Shown here piece after piece: positions 23,753-38,395 of a stretch of DNA of 64,000 bases; the stretch's first letter is position 1, and every line of letters starts with the position of its first letter. The notes under the pieces were generated by a model. The model saw only the letters and a list, made by a program, of their open reading frames with translations. It made no database searches and was not told the DNA's origin. The DNA comes from Paragordius varius. Taxonomy: Eukaryota > Animalia > Nematomorpha. The stretch covers positions 5,766,001 through 5,830,000 of the forward strand of contig OZ176056.1 in the NCBI GenBank assembly GCA_964247055.1, written 5' to 3'. The translations under genes were made by a program, and so were the position numbers.

Positions 23753-26453
23753 TAAACTTATCCAAATAATAGGGAAAATACTAATTAAGTTAGATAGAGG
23801 AAACCATCCTTATGATGAATGAGCTTTTTAATATTAACAGCGCCTATAAATTATTTAGTACTCAGTTATTCAGATTTTCAAGACCTAGTTTTTAGGTTAT
23901 ATGGTTCAAAATTGGAATACCTAGTTCTTAAACTTACAATTTGTGGGTATTTTGCTATCGCCATAATGAGTCAAAAATAATGAAAAAAAATATTTTTTTT
24001 AATTTTTCACAAATATATGTAAGATAGAAGATTCACTGTATATATGCGGTTCTTAAATATTAAATTATTTTAATCAAACTTCTTCTATCCCATATATTTA
24101 TTTAATATTTTTATGCTCGGACAGGGACCATATGTATCGGTGGACAATTTAATGGGAACACTCTTTACTATGGATTTGGGAAAGGGTAATTTTTGATAAT
24201 CTTCTTTAAAATTTAAATATAGCTGTGGGATCCGGCGGATAAATATCACGATAAATATATTTATATTCTAATAGATATAATGATAAGTTTTGATTTTCCG
24301 AATGTATTAAGAATGGAATTTGCTCCATGTCGAGAATCGCAAATTTTATAAATAAATATTGTTTCTCAAAGCAAAGCAATGTTGATAAAAAAAATTTCGT
24401 AAGGGCGAAAGTCGCAAATTTTTGTCCGTCTAAAATGGGCTAACTGGAAAATGCCAAAGGCCTCTTTATAGTAATATAACATAAAAATATCTTTGAACAA
24501 CATACTTTGTTTTTTTCACTTTTATCAATTTTTTCAAAGGTTATTTTATGGAATTTTGAAGCTTAGTGGAACGCGTATAAATATATATAATTCGTTGATG
24601 CCGGAGACATTAACATTTCAGAAATTTGATGGTCTTCAAATTTAAGACATAATGTATTTTTTAAAAAAATCTGACAAAGATTATTTTAATTTAAAATTTT
24701 GTGGTGAGAGAATTGTGTAGTGTCATTATATAGAAAAAATGTTTTGTACAATTTCCGGTATTCTTCCAAACACCACCCAACTTGAATTTTTGATAAAGTA
24801 TGCATTTTTTTGAAAATTTTAAATATTGGAATCAAGCATATATTATATTATCGGCAATCTCCTTATTTTTGCCTTTATTTTAACAAAACTAGTTGGAGGG
24901 GGCCAGAAATTTTATAATTTTGAGCTCTTATTCAAAACATTGTGTTTGAATATACTGTTTAATATATATCATAATAATATTAAATAGGTTAGTTTCACCA
25001 AAAAATTTATTTAGTGATTGGCACAAATGCGTTTTATTAAATGGACCAATCAATGCAAAAGTTTATATATATATATATATATATATTACTTAAATGATTC
25101 GTAACGTCCAAAAACTAAAAGCACATTCATTAGTCAATCACAAAACGTGTACTCACCATTTTTTTTGTAATTGTATATATTATCTATTTATTATTCTTGG
25201 TTTACAGTTAATTCCTCAAACATCTAACACCTTGCTGATCCCATGTTTGATCCTAAATCAATGGTTCCTACCAAAGGAAGTAAGATATGAATTTAGCTTT
25301 AAAGAAATGTTTTTCGGCTTATTACATTTTTGAAACTATATAATGTAAACGTTAATCCACAATAGATGTATGTTCAATTTTGATTTTGGAAATTATTTCT
25401 CTTTATTGTTGTATAATTTCTCTAAGTTTTAATATCCTTGATATTATAAATTTTTTGGAATAATAATTTTACATATACACGTTTTTTATGGTTGTATTTT
25501 AGATAATCCGAGCGAAATGGATGACAATTTATACGGTTTTGGGTCGGAACACATAAGTAATGATATTTATCGTTTACGACAACAGCAAAAGAGGATCAAA
25601 TAATTTTATAGTTGTTTTTTTTTTCATTTTTTATATCATGCGGAAATTAAATAAATTGTATAAATAATGTTAAATAATTATATTATAACAAAAATATATG
25701 TGTTTTTTAGCCAATTTTCCTAAAAACCATAGGTCAATTTAAGGATGATGCCTATTCATGTATTACGCAGAGTAGCCCTACGAAATAAGGGGTTAATAAC
25801 AAAAAATACTTATCCATTTATAGTTGGTCGCAACCATTGAAAAATCTATACGAAGCGTAAAAAATTGGTAATATTATTAGAGTATGATTGAAAAGAGGTA
25901 AAAATATAATACTTGAATTGATCATGATCTATTTTTAATCTTATCTTTGGGAAAAAAATTTGGATACGTATACCAATATATTAATGTAAGGGGCATGGAT
26001 AACTAGCATATGTTTGCACAGGGCATTCCATCTTCACTTTTTTTGACTTTTTTTATCAACATTAATTAAATAAAACGATTTCAGGTTGGAGTCATTAGGT
26101 AGTTTTAGTAAATATAAAAAAGGGGAAAATGCACTATAAGACTTTTACTTAAACATAAACTATATTTAAAATTTTGAAACTCTCTACTTATGAGGGTCAA
26201 AGGAGTGATATATTTTATAATCGATTTAATTTAAAGATCTGAAAGAACACTATAAATGGTGAAATCAATTGGTATATTGGTTCTTTATTTTGAAATCTTT
26301 GGCTGATATCATATGTGTTTGCATTTTTTAATGCAACTCAAAACATAGAATCGTTAAAAAAACTATTCATATTATTGCCAGATTATTGGTAAAGTGCAGG
26401 AGGAACCTATTTTAATTGACACAAAAATATCGAAATTTCCATTTTTATAAAAA

Positions 26454-28710
26454 ATAGCGTAAATCTCTGGCTGCTGCGCACTCCGAGGAAGGACTTCTCG
26501 GGGACGGCAAATTTTTTGTCCTCATACTCGTATGCTCCATTTATTTTGGAGAGAAATAGCCTCAAAATGATATTGTTGAGCGGTTTAAGGGTATAAAGGC
26601 CCCAAACAAACCAAATTTAAACAATGTTAACAAAAAAAATATTTATTCAAGGATCTTAGTCATAAGCAATCATTGGGTGAAACTGCAAACTAAGCTTTAT
26701 TTTTGACATCAGACATATAAATAAAAAAGACATGTATATTGTACTTATGGATTAAAGAGATTTTACTTACACTCATTTGTAAATTTTATATATATATATA
26801 TATATTAATGCATGACCAGTGATGCAGTTGATCACTGTAAGAATGTTTTGTCCTCATGGAGTAAATGTATATGGCTTACACATATCGGATTGGAGCCTGC
26901 GAAGCCTTGATTTGAATAAAGGGCTCAACAAATTGTGATCCATATATGAGGATTAATTCTAAACATTATTTAATAGTTATGATCTCATAGGATTTTTAAA
27001 ACGGTGCTTCATTTTCAAAACTGTGCATTCATTCTAATATATTGTTTACTGCTGTAAAGGCCCCAGAAAAAACCGAAATATTATAATTATTACCTTTTTA
27101 TGGGTATTATTTAAAGCCTTTATTGAACTCGCATTGGCTTCTTTAGTTTTTTGAAACCAAAACCAAGCAATATTATTGGGCGTCTCAGTTTTAAGCCCTT
27201 AGACCCCTACCCATAGACCTATGTGGAAAAAGCCCTGAGTTAAATTTTTTGTCTTTATAGGGCAAATATTTGGAAACATCATTGATACCATCGTTTCATG
27301 GGTTATCCGAAAATATAATTCAAAACTAATTAATCGTCATATGATGGCATATTAATAGGTATAGCTCCAAAACAACTCGAATTCTATATAGTGGCGCAGT
27401 CTTTGGACCCAGAGCCAGGAATAAAAAAGGAGTTGGGCAAAATTTTTGCCTATATGGGGAATATCTGGAATTATTATAATTTACATATGTTCCAATAAGG
27501 TCCTGGAAATATTGCTTGAAAACTAAAAATTTGTTCTATGGCGTCGCATTTTTCAGGGCTTAAAACGTAACTTATTAAAATACTCCCTATACTAAAATAT
27601 TGTTTCTTAAGGAATAATAAATATTTAGCTTACTGAACTCACATAGTCTCATAGGTCTAAAATTTGGCTGTAAAGGGATGGTGTATCGATATGGGGAGAC
27701 GCAGTTTTACGCGGCCCTTTAACCAGATGCGAAACAAAAAAATTCGATTGAATTTTTTGCCCTAATTCAAGTAATACCTGCAATCCATATGGACTCGTGA
27801 GATTTTCGAAATTGCCTCAAAACCAAAAAGTCATTTTAAGGTAGAGCATTTTTCAAGGCAAGGTCCTAGCCTTTTTATGGGTTATATTTCAGGCCTTATT
27901 AAACTGACCTGATAAGTTTTCTGAAAATTAATTCCTAAACACCAAAATTTTGATATGGTGGCGTATTCGACGGGTTCTCTACTTAGGGGCTGATAAAAAA
28001 AGCGTTTGGTTAAAGTTTTTGCCTTTTTACGGAATACCTGTAGTCATGTTGATATTATATACTCTCATTTTTGGAAAAATTCTTTAAAACTAAAAAAACA
28101 TTTTATGGTTGCGTCTTTTTCGGGTCGTGAAGGGCCTAATTAACAGCTAACTTTAAAAAACCGCACGACCTAAATTGCCTTTTTACGGATAATATCTTAA
28201 GCACTTCTCAAAGCACTCTATAACGATATAACGGATTAGTTTTTAGCAGGTAGTTTGCCCCCGATATATAAAACGTACTTTTGCCCTACAGGGAATACCT
28301 GGAATCCTTTTACTGTCTCATACCTTAGGCTAAAATAAATTATTTTTGTGGACTTTTTGAAAAAAAACTTTGCGGAGGAACCGGTTAAAAAGAGGGCCTA
28401 AACTAAAAAAGCGAGCCGACTATCGGAGCAATAAAAAAAATAAAAAAAATCATATTTGATATCGAATGGTCCAACACGTTTTCCGGAAAATTGTCTCAAA
28501 GACCCGATTTTTGTGGACAACTGTTTACAAAAAAGCCGTTTTTTACACGGGGTGATCCCGAAAGGCCTAATTAAAAAAAGGGCGAAGTTATTGTCGAGTC
28601 AGTCATTAATGATTATATTTTTTTGACATTTGGATTTGAATGGATCTACCGCTTTTCTGGACACAGATCACAAAGCCAGAATTATCCATTTTTTTGAAAA
28701 TATAAATTAC
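26454..28710 (-). mobile_element. Dispersed repeat copy 2 (Helitron-like, ~150-bp monomers)
   Basis: Reverse complement is collinear with 1378-3206, including the ggctttgtgatctg 5' region and the CCGAG/CTCGG hairpin (26483-26501). Confidence 0.7.
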
Positions 28711-29409
28711 TTTATTAATTAATGCTATTTAAATCAATGTGCAAAAATGTGACTGAATCATTTAGCAGATAGAAAAACCCATAATATCAAAAACGCAAAA
28801 TGCTAAAATATTTATGGTATATTCAAAAAGTACATTTCTTAACTCAAATTATTCCATTTATTTTGTGATTGCTTGATATATAACCCATAAAATTTATCTA
28901 ATTATTTATATAAAATGTTTATTTGAAATTTCTTCCCTGGAAATTATCATTCCAGAAAATTCTGGTTTATTAAATGATTTGGTATATTTGCATGTTTGAG
29001 AACCACTTCTATCAACCAAATTGATTTTTGAGAATATCTACACAAAATAAAATTCATAAAATTATATAGTAACATAAAACCCTTCTTCCTTAAATTAGCT
29101 TATGCTGATCATTATTTACTATTTCAAACTAAAAAAATTATTTTTAATTATAATCGCATTAAGTTAGAATCTTCCTTTTGAGTATTATAACGTTCATAAG
29201 TAGACGAAATAATAAAAAAAATTATTAATCACTTTTTAAAATTAATTTAATATTAGTTATAATACCCAAAAAATGAGTATTAATTTCAAACTAAAAAAAT
29301 AATTTCTCCTCCCAATAAATGGCGGCGGATTTAAAAAATATAAGATATAAAAACCATCGCGGAATTGTGGACTTTATAATATCCTTTTCTAGTTTTGTGA
29401 ATCGCAGAT

Positions 29410-30262
29410 AACTTCACAATATCGTTTTCGATTCCGACAAGAAAGGCTTCATTGAATCATCAATTCTATATGATAGGATAGACACAAGTATAAATTGGTA
29501 CGAGTGTCAAGTAAGTCTTATTTGGTACTTTAAAATTTTTATTTAAAGATGATTTAGATTTTGCTTTGGCAGGGAGAGCTGTTAACATAATAGTTAACCC
29601 TATTACATTTGACATTAAAAGCTTGTATTTCATGCAATTTTCTAAGAAAAACAAATGTCCCAAATCTTTTAGTAATAATTCACAAGTATTAACCAAAACA
29701 TAATAAAAATATTAACTAAAATGTAAATATATATAAACCAAACATAACTATATTGAAATGAATTTTATAAGTGTCAAAATAATGTTTCACCGAAATTCAG
29801 AGGATATATTATTAGAGGTCGAAAAAGATCTCGATGAAAGACCAGTATAAAAATTCCGATAAAAAATATAATAAATATCACTCCAAATATTTAATTTTCG
29901 TTTGAAATAATGTCTTAGGTCTATTCATGTCAATACTCTGCAACTTTGGCAAAATGGATACACCCGAATGGATTTTTATGATATTTTATAATAAAAAGCG
30001 AAATCATAGGCCAATCAGTCATTTAAATCCTTAAGCCATGTCCATAAAAACACGGTTTTGGATGTTGTAAATTTTATAAAGAGTTAGGAATAATTACTGT
30101 TAGGAGCGAAGTTAAGGCCATCCGCACAATTATAGTTAATTCCATTATGTAGTTTGTCATAAATGATCAAATAAGGTTGTTCGAACATTAAAATGCGTTT
30201 AGATGTCATATTAATTAAATCTATTGGGCAATTTCAGTGTTTAAGCACTTCAAATAGGTTTG
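29410..30262 (+). pseudogene. Candidate unidentified multi-exon gene relic
   Basis: Short open segments bounded by AG/GT: NIVFDSDKKGFIESSILYDRIDTSINWYECQ|GTAAGT, DFALAGRAVNIIVNPITFD, EDILLEVEKDLDERP, SIHVNTLQLWQNGY and IKMRLDVILIKSIGQFQCLST. No homology recognised. Confidence 0.3.
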
Positions 30263-32174
30263 TGAGTGCAAACATAAATATTTTTAAATAAGAGGATTAG
30301 AAATCGGCTATTTTACTGATATATGTTTAAAGGAACCCTTAATTTTGATAACGAAGGGTGTTAACCTGTTTGTGGGGATTTAGTTTGGAATCTTTAATAA
30401 GAAAGGTTTGAGAGTTTTAAAATCTCGGGTTTATAATTTGACGATGGTTAATACATTTTTCAATGATTTCAATCCATTATTTTTGAAAGCGGATCAACTG
30501 AGTCTTAAAATAAGTTTTATTAGGAAGAATGAAGATTAGCAAATAAAATTTATGTTATCCCTAACACTGAAATAAGTTTAAAATGTATTCTAGGTGAGTT
30601 TTAGAAAAAAAGAAGCCAAAAAATCTAACGAATCTATCATAATTTGTTCAAAGGATATATGTCTTAGAAAGAAGGCTTTTTTGAATTAATACAATATATA
30701 ACCAATTATCAAGAATATATTACTAACAGCTTTTGAGTTACAAGGTAAGTAGTTTAAAAAATAATGTAAAGAAACATGAATGAATGCTAACAGAATTTAT
30801 AAGGAGTAAAGGAGAAGAAAAATGTCTATAAAAGTGGATAACTTCTAAAAGCATTGAAGATAAAATAAATTATCACAGGGTAGTTCATATGGTCTAAAAA
30901 AGTGGTATATCCATTAAAAAGAGAAAATGCTTTGCCTAATGATGCATAAAGAAGGTGATGGATAAGGTGTATAAAATAGGTAGGATAGGACAAGTTAGAA
31001 TGTGTGATCACACGTGTAAACGGCAAAATGGGAAGATTACAAAACATATCGTATAAGACCTTAAAATTTTTATCCCAGAGGTTTGTAAATGCGCTCGATT
31101 TCGAAATTTATTTTGGTTATAACTTAGTTATTAAACACTAAATTTTTCTACACTCGAGTTTTTTGCATTTTCTTATGTTTTCTGATATTCCGTAAATCTA
31201 AATAAAAATTACTCCTCAGAATTTGGTAAACATTATTTGATTATGCGCCCTATTTATCAAATTTTACTAAAAGGTACTTTTCTTTGATAATACACAACAA
31301 ATGCCCATTTGTAATATATCATTCGAAAGAATAATGAAAACTCTGTAAAATGCATACTAATATGTTTTACATAGATAGTCAATATTGGACATATGAAGCG
31401 ACAAACGCGCGAGCGAAGTTTGTACTAATATTTATAAACTAATGGATGAAAAAAGCTCAAACTATTTCTAGATGGCAATGTATGTCCAAAATAGATAAAA
31501 CCGGAATTTGTGATAAAATATTATTGTGTCATATAAATCACCTATTTTTTAGTTTTTTGTTTTTTAAAAGTTACCATCTCATCAATATTAAATATTTTCT
31601 TAACAAGGCTCATAATTTCAAAATTATAAAGAGTAAAATCAAAGTTTAAAGTATTTTCGATCTTTTATAGTCATTATATAATAAATATTTAGTTGTAACT
31701 ATACATTTTGTAGTTAAATAATTTGGGTAATTATAATTTCTATTTAAAAAGCAAACCTAAACTTTTTTTAAGATTTATATAGTTTGTCTATGAAAATTCA
31801 TGGCCTTTTCAGATGCCGAAAATTTTGACCATATAAACCCAAATATCTTTTAAATCAGATTAATTTAAATGGCCAACTACCATTTTTTTCGCGCTCTAGG
31901 ATAATACATGGCTTTATATCTAAAACTTTAAATTATAAATTTCAAGTTTACACTTAAATCGGGGCCAAAAATTATCATATAACAATTTTTTTTTCAGATT
32001 TACTATTTATGTAATTTAATGAAAATATTTTATAGGTTACATTTTAATAAAGTCCTATTGTCTAATGTTATCAATTTTTCTCATGTATTATATAATATAT
32101 CTTATATATTTATTTTTGTGATTTCTAGAGTCTACAATCGGGAGAGCTCCAAAACAGGAGGGAAACGAACGATG

Positions 32175-32209
<35 letters not shown>

Positions 32210-34019
32210 TTTTTACTGGTAAAATGTAGTGTGGCAGCTTTTTAAAGTGTTTATACGTTTTTATAATATAAATTATTTGCCTGTTGCATCAGAGATTTCA
32301 AAAAATGATAAAAAATGGCGGCATCAAAGTGTGAAATAAAGAATTTTTACAATTTTACATTTTTAAAAAATATTTTTTCTATAATGCGCCTAAAAAACTA
32401 AAAAAAAGCATATTTTTAAATTTGGCTAATACCTTAAATACTTTTGAAATGACTCTGGGATATAAAACTACCCCAAAATATAATGGTTTTATTAGAAAAC
32501 AGTAAAATTTAATCACTATATTTCATACTTGCAATTTGGCAGCGATTCGACATATATTTTCACTTTTTCCAGTTGTATCTAAAAAATATGCCATATAAAT
32601 ATATCAACAAATATATTAATAATGTTTTACCTTGGGAACATTGATTGCTGAATGCTTTTGTTCAACAAAAACTAAAAAGTTTAAAATATTACATAATTAT
32701 AGTAAAAGTGCCAAGGAATCAACTCTTTATATCTAATAAAAACTAACATGCTTTGATTATTTTATTTTAAAAAATTTATATACAACTAAATATATACAAC
32801 AAAATTCAAAAACATAATATCAAAACAATATTTTGAGTTTAATTATATTAAAACATATGTGCTTGGATGCGATTCAATTGTAGATATTTTCGAAAATATT
32901 AATATAACTTTCTTCCAACCATAACATAAAAAATGAGTGATCTTTTAGAAAATTTTTTATTTTTTGGCACAATATTTTATAAAAAAATTAATCATTAAAA
33001 AAAGTAATAAAATTGGGGCAGTAAAATTATACTAAGTCAAGAAAAGTATATGAAATCAAAAGAAATCATTTCTATATTCAATATTTTACATAGGCATAAA
33101 TATTATTATTTAATTCCGCATTAAATTATCTTTGAAAATGTCAAATGCTGTCGATATATATAAACATTCCATTATAACATTATTTAGTTAAAGCAACACT
33201 CTTCAAAGCAAACGCAACATTTTTTTCATCCACACGCAAATTTTTTTATTTTACTTGAAAAATGTGGCGTTTGCTTGAAAAATGTTGACTTTGACTGAAA
33301 ATTGGTATACCATTTGCGATAGTTTTTTATCGGAGGGATTTCACATATAGTAGTACAATATATTGGGTCAATAAAAAGTTTTCAATGGCTTTTGGGGTAA
33401 GAAACTTTAAAAATAAATTATTGTCAAAAATCATATCACAAACTTTTATTTTTATGTAGTCATGCGAACTTAATTTATTGAATCATAATAAAAATATCTA
33501 GATCAAATATCTAGCTAAATGTATGATGACGATATTCCTATTGAGCATATAGTTATTTTCTTATTTAAAATTTCCTTAACACATCAAAAGTATTAATGGT
33601 AATATGAAGTTAGAAATGATAAATGGCTTTTAGGATAGAAAAAAGCATAAATTATAGATAATAATAATTAATACCTTTGATAGTTTCAACTAAATATAAA
33701 AGTAAATTTTATAAAAAATTTTGTATAGTACATTCGCAAATGTGTATTTAAATATATTACCAAATTTTTGAGAAGTTTCTTTTTCAAACATTTCAAAATA
33801 TTTTTGAAATAGATTAAGAATTCGATTTTGTTTAATTTATACAAATCTCTGCCGGTTATTCAATTAATATTTTTTTATTCGACTCTAACTTCCAGAAAAA
33901 AATTTTAGTATTTAATTTTAATTGTTTTAAACTTTAGGGAAAGTATTTTACCAAGTTTTCATTGAAACAAATGTGCAATCTATATATTTATAAAAATGTA
34001 AAATGCTAGTTTTTCAAAT

Positions 34020-36830
34020 ATAAATGTCGAAAAATTATAATTATTTAATGGCTGCCCCGACAATAGCTTCCCCCTTTTTTGAATTAGGATTCCAGTTCGG
34101 GCCCACTCCTTGTAAAAAACGGTTTTTTATTCAAAATATAAGTCCACAAAATTTTTGTTTTTGAGACAATTTTCCGGAAAACGTGTTAGCCCATTCGATT
34201 TTAATATTTATTTTTTTTGGATTGGGCTAAACATAATCGGCTCCCTTTTTATTTAGGCTCTTTCCCGCTCTCCCCGTAAAATGCCGCCTAAGATATGGAC
34301 CTTAAATGAGAATTCCAGGTATTCCCAGTTGAAAGGCAAATAGTCTTGCGTCTTTTTTATTTGGCTGGGCAAAGAGATACCGCTAAATCTGCCCCGTCAT
34401 ATCAAAATACCGTGCCCTTGGGGCTAAATTTCAGAAAACCTATCAGGTAATTTGAGTTACATAGGGGCTTAAAATACTACCCGTAACAACTCAAAAATTA
34501 AGTCGTGCGGTTTTTTTAATTAGCATTAGCTGTTAATTAGAGCCTCACGCCCTGAAAAATGCTCCACCATAAAATAATATCTTAGTTTTGAGGTTATTTT
34601 TCCAAATTTAATGAGAGCATATGTAATCAATCATGATGCCAGGTATTCTCAAAAAGGCATAAAATCGAGCGCTTTTTTGTATCAGCCTCTAGGTAGGGAG
34701 TTATCCGTAAAAAACTGCCACCATATCGAAAATGCGTTGAGGGGTTAATTTTCAAACTTATCAAACCACATAAGTTTAATAAGGGGCTAAAATATTACAT
34801 AAAATTGCAATATTTTTAGTCGAGCGGTTATATTGCCGTTAATTTGGCCCTTTATGCCCTATAAAATGGGCTATCATTGTATTATTTAGTTTTAAAGCCG
34901 CTCTTCAAAAAACTATTAAGAACAAATGGAATAAAGGATAATTCCAGGTTTTCCCCTATAAAGACAAAGTCTTTTTTATATGGGCTTGTAGAGGGCTACC
35001 CGCCAACACCTGCACCACCATATCGATACAACGTGACTTTGGAGACAAATATTAGAAAACTTATCAGGCCATAAAGTTCAATAAGGGCTTGAAATACTAC
35101 TTGTAAAAAGGCAGAAATTTAAGTAGAGCGGTTTTATTAAATTACCCCTAAATACTTGCCCTGAAAAATGCGCCACCATAAAATGACTTTTTGATTTTGA
35201 AATTTAAAAAATCTTACGAGAGCATGAATGAATCATGATTTAGGTTTTACCCGAATGAAAAATTTTAATCGAACGTTTTTTTGTTTTGCCTCTGGTTACC
35301 TCGTAAAACTGCGTCACCATATCGATACAGCATGCCTTTGAAGACAAATGTCAGAAAACCTAGGAATTTAATAGGAACATATGGGATCCATGATAAATCC
35401 TAATTTTCCCATATAAAGGCAAAATAATGTCTTATTTTTTTATACATGTCCGGGTTAGACTGGCCGAAAACTGTCCCACTATATAGAATTTGCGTTTTGG
35501 AGCTGATTTTCAAAAAATTTATTAAGCCATATGAACGCATTTAAAACTTGATTATCTGTAACTAGTAAAATTAGTTTGGCCCAATTATTGGGATTCTATG
35601 GATACAATATGTCTCTATCATTTGTTGCGTTCCGAGGTATGTTCAGGAATTAAAAGTCTTGTTCTATGATTTGAGTCCAAGTTGTTTTATGCCTTTCTTT
35701 ACGGTTGGGGGCAGAAATCTGTAAATCAAGAACTTCCTTTGCGAATGATATACTGGATCTGTCTATGTGTCCAAAATACCGAGGTCTATTTGTTCTGATA
35801 AAAGCTGTTATTGGTTCTAGTTCAATGGTAGGATTTATAACCATATATTTTAGCAGTTTGTCTTCCGTTCTTTTCAATCTCGTCCAGGTATGGCTGGCGT
35901 AGGTAAGGATAGAGCGGACACCCATTTTATACATTTTGAATTTATATTTTACGGTTATGTCTTTATGTCTCAATACATATTTGAGTTGGTTAAATTTTGC
36001 CCAGCCGAGTTTGATTCTATATAATATGGTTGTTTGAGGGTCCCCATTATAATTACTGATATTGCCTAAATAGGTGAAATCGTTGACGATTTCGAACCTA
36101 CAATCTTCGATATTAAACTCCCTAGATTTAGGGATATTTGGTTTCCCTGATATACAGTTTTGGCATTTAAATTTTTTTTTGTCCATTTATTTTACTTTCA
36201 AGTTGGAGCATTTTTTATGGACCCACATTTTACACGATGTACATAGAGATAAATTTGTTTTAACCTCGTAACAAATGGAGAGAGGGTATTTTATGGTTCT
36301 TTTTTTATCTCCGTGATCATTACCTTCGTGTTTTCTATGTTTATATTTAGCCCATGTTTTTGGAAACAGTTATGCCATTTAAGGTATAAACTATTCAGTT
36401 CATGAGCTGTTTTTGCTGTTATAACTAAATCGTCGATGTACAGCATGTTCCATGGTGGGACAGCTGCAAAGTCCCTGCTTATGTAATCTATTATAATTAT
36501 AAACAGTAGTGGGCTTAGAGAGCCCTGATGGAGGCCTATATTTATAATAAAATAATTTGAGTTTCCGACTGGTGTTTTAACGCAGCTTTGTGCATGTTCA
36601 TACAGGAACATTATTAATTTCTAGGTAAAGGTCAGGCTTATTTTTATTGGCCGTTAATTTGGAACCTTTATGCCCTAAAAATGGGCCATCTTATACGTTT
36701 TTAGGCAAATAATTTAACTCAGCGCTTTTTCCAAGGTCTATGGGGGAGGTTTAAAATTTTGACGCCATACGAAAATGGCTTGGTTTTGGAGCTAATTTAA
36801 AATAAACCTAAGAAGCCATACGAGTTCAAT
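34020..36830 (+). mobile_element. Dispersed repeat copy 3 (Helitron-like, ~150-bp monomers), interrupted by a LINE fragment
   Basis: Collinear with 1449-2950. Monomer motifs at 34379, 34546, 34704, 34853, 34999, 35155, 35300 and 35460; resumes at 36627 (ggtcaggctt). Confidence 0.75.
35578..36618 (-). mobile_element. RTE-clade non-LTR retrotransposon, 5'-truncated RT fragment with frameshift
   Basis: GLHQGSLSPLLF, PWNMLYIDDLVI, GLNINIENTKVM, then FTYLG, RIKLGWAKF and VRSILTYASHTW in the second frame. Confidence 0.92.
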
Positions 36831-37885
36831 CATTCGGGGGAATTTTATTGATTTCATTCTTTCCTTAAAAGGCACAAATTACTATCTATATCCCTATCCC
36901 AACTGTGTCAACACAATTTCAAGATAAAACTTCTAACCAGGGATTTCATAAAACGAAAATCTTAAAATAAATCCAATGATAGATGAATATTAACTTTAAT
37001 AAAGAAAAGTTTGAATAAGGTCAATCGAACCAGTATTTGAGCATATGCAAAAACCAGTAAAAGAATAATTAAAGACAGTTTTTTATTAATTATAAATAAT
37101 TATCGGTGATACTACGACACAACGAAGCGTGACAGAGCCACCAGCTAGTAAGTATATAGTAATATTTGGAAACCAAACTTATAAATATTTTGTTGTATGA
37201 TAAAAATAAATTTTATTTCAAATCAAACCTTTTATTGGCACGCAGTGATGTTCGCCTGTATCACATTTATTTTCTGGTATCACATTACTATTAAAAATGG
37301 GTTCTGGAGTTGGCTCTAACATTTATATTTTATTTAGTAATAGTTAAAGTGTAAATAAACCTTGCTAGTTCAAATGGCAATAATTAATGAAAATGGATAA
37401 TTATGCGCGTGTTCAGAAAGTCAAAAAAATAATTACCAGGATTTTCCTCGATTTGCGTATAGACTGGGAGACTTTTCTTATTAGTAGTTCTATTATATGT
37501 TTTAGCCATAAAAATGCATGGACACTTTGCTGTATTTATTTTATGTTGGCAATTTTGATCATTCATTTTTCCTGAATATATAATATCCCATTCGGCCTCA
37601 TTTCAGTGTACAAATGAATATCAAGTTGATTCATACATGTCCATGATAAAATTACTGTGGTGTTTTCAAACGTTGCTCTAAAACCTTCTAGGTAAATTTA
37701 TAAATAATTTTTAGCTTTAGAGTTTAATAAGTAGTTTTATTCCCATGGCAAAACTTTATATGGTATAACTGATTTTTTCCATATATTTCTTATCTCATTA
37801 TTACGCACTGTCTAAATATAAATCGACTCTTACGGCAATTTTTTCAAACCGATTGTTGAACTTAAACATGTTTAATTTTGTCAAA

Positions 37886-38395
37886 TTGCGATTCAAATTG
37901 GGGTAGTTACCCCAGGCCTGTTTAAATTAAATAATTCAAAAAATATGGAATGGATTGAAACCGTGCAAAAATTTGCACTTTTATAACATTATGAATCAAA
38001 ATATATAAAAATTTTTATTCGAAAATACTTGATATTAATTATAACATGAGATGTGTGCACAAGCTATATTTAAAATTAAAGCAAAATAAACCCCTTTTTC
38101 TGTTTCTATCAATGTTAGATGTAATATAAATAAAAAATTAGCTTTTATTTTTGCTTTATCAAATAAACACGATATTTTGCAAAAATGTTGTAAAATAAAA
38201 ATGGCGTCCAAGTAGTTTGATATAGAACTTTTTTTTCAAAACCAAATTTTATTTAGATATTTTGGCGTTTTTATATAAGTTTTATTAGGATAAAAGTATA
38301 AATTTAAATTTGGACCGTTTCTCTCAGTAGGTTTTAAAAAAATTTAATTTAAATATTGTCTGGGGTATTTAGATACCCCAATTTGAATCGAAGTG
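37886..38395 (+). mobile_element. piggyBac-like MITE copy (left end truncated)
   Basis: Right end CCCCAATTTGAATCGAAGTG|TTAA; collinear with 47791-48283. Confidence 0.8.

Larger units (their letters stand above)
20524..25603 (+). pseudogene. CSTF3: Cleavage stimulation factor 77 kDa subunit (suppressor of forked) homolog, internally deleted and frameshifted
   Basis: GT-AG exons: 20524-20649 ([31 protein letters not shown]), 20924-21040 (..LHFVQADFEE), 21106-21192, 21316-21459 ([43 protein letters not shown]), 21544-21642 (frameshift; IFELSLK..IDYIDF), 21965-22037 (DDNNRVLFER), 22116-22201, 22284-22414 (ELLPCS), 22879-22965 (DTSQMIPFKP), 23329-23429 (PIPGGLF.YPPA), 24125-24185 (GPYVSVDNLM) and 25503-25603 (DIYRLRQQQKRIK*). 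These match human CstF-77 motifs in order, compared from memory. Confidence 0.9.

Noticed and set aside
35705-36271. Plus-strand ORFs 35705-35902 and 36074-36271
   Set aside because: Antisense to the RTE RT fragment.
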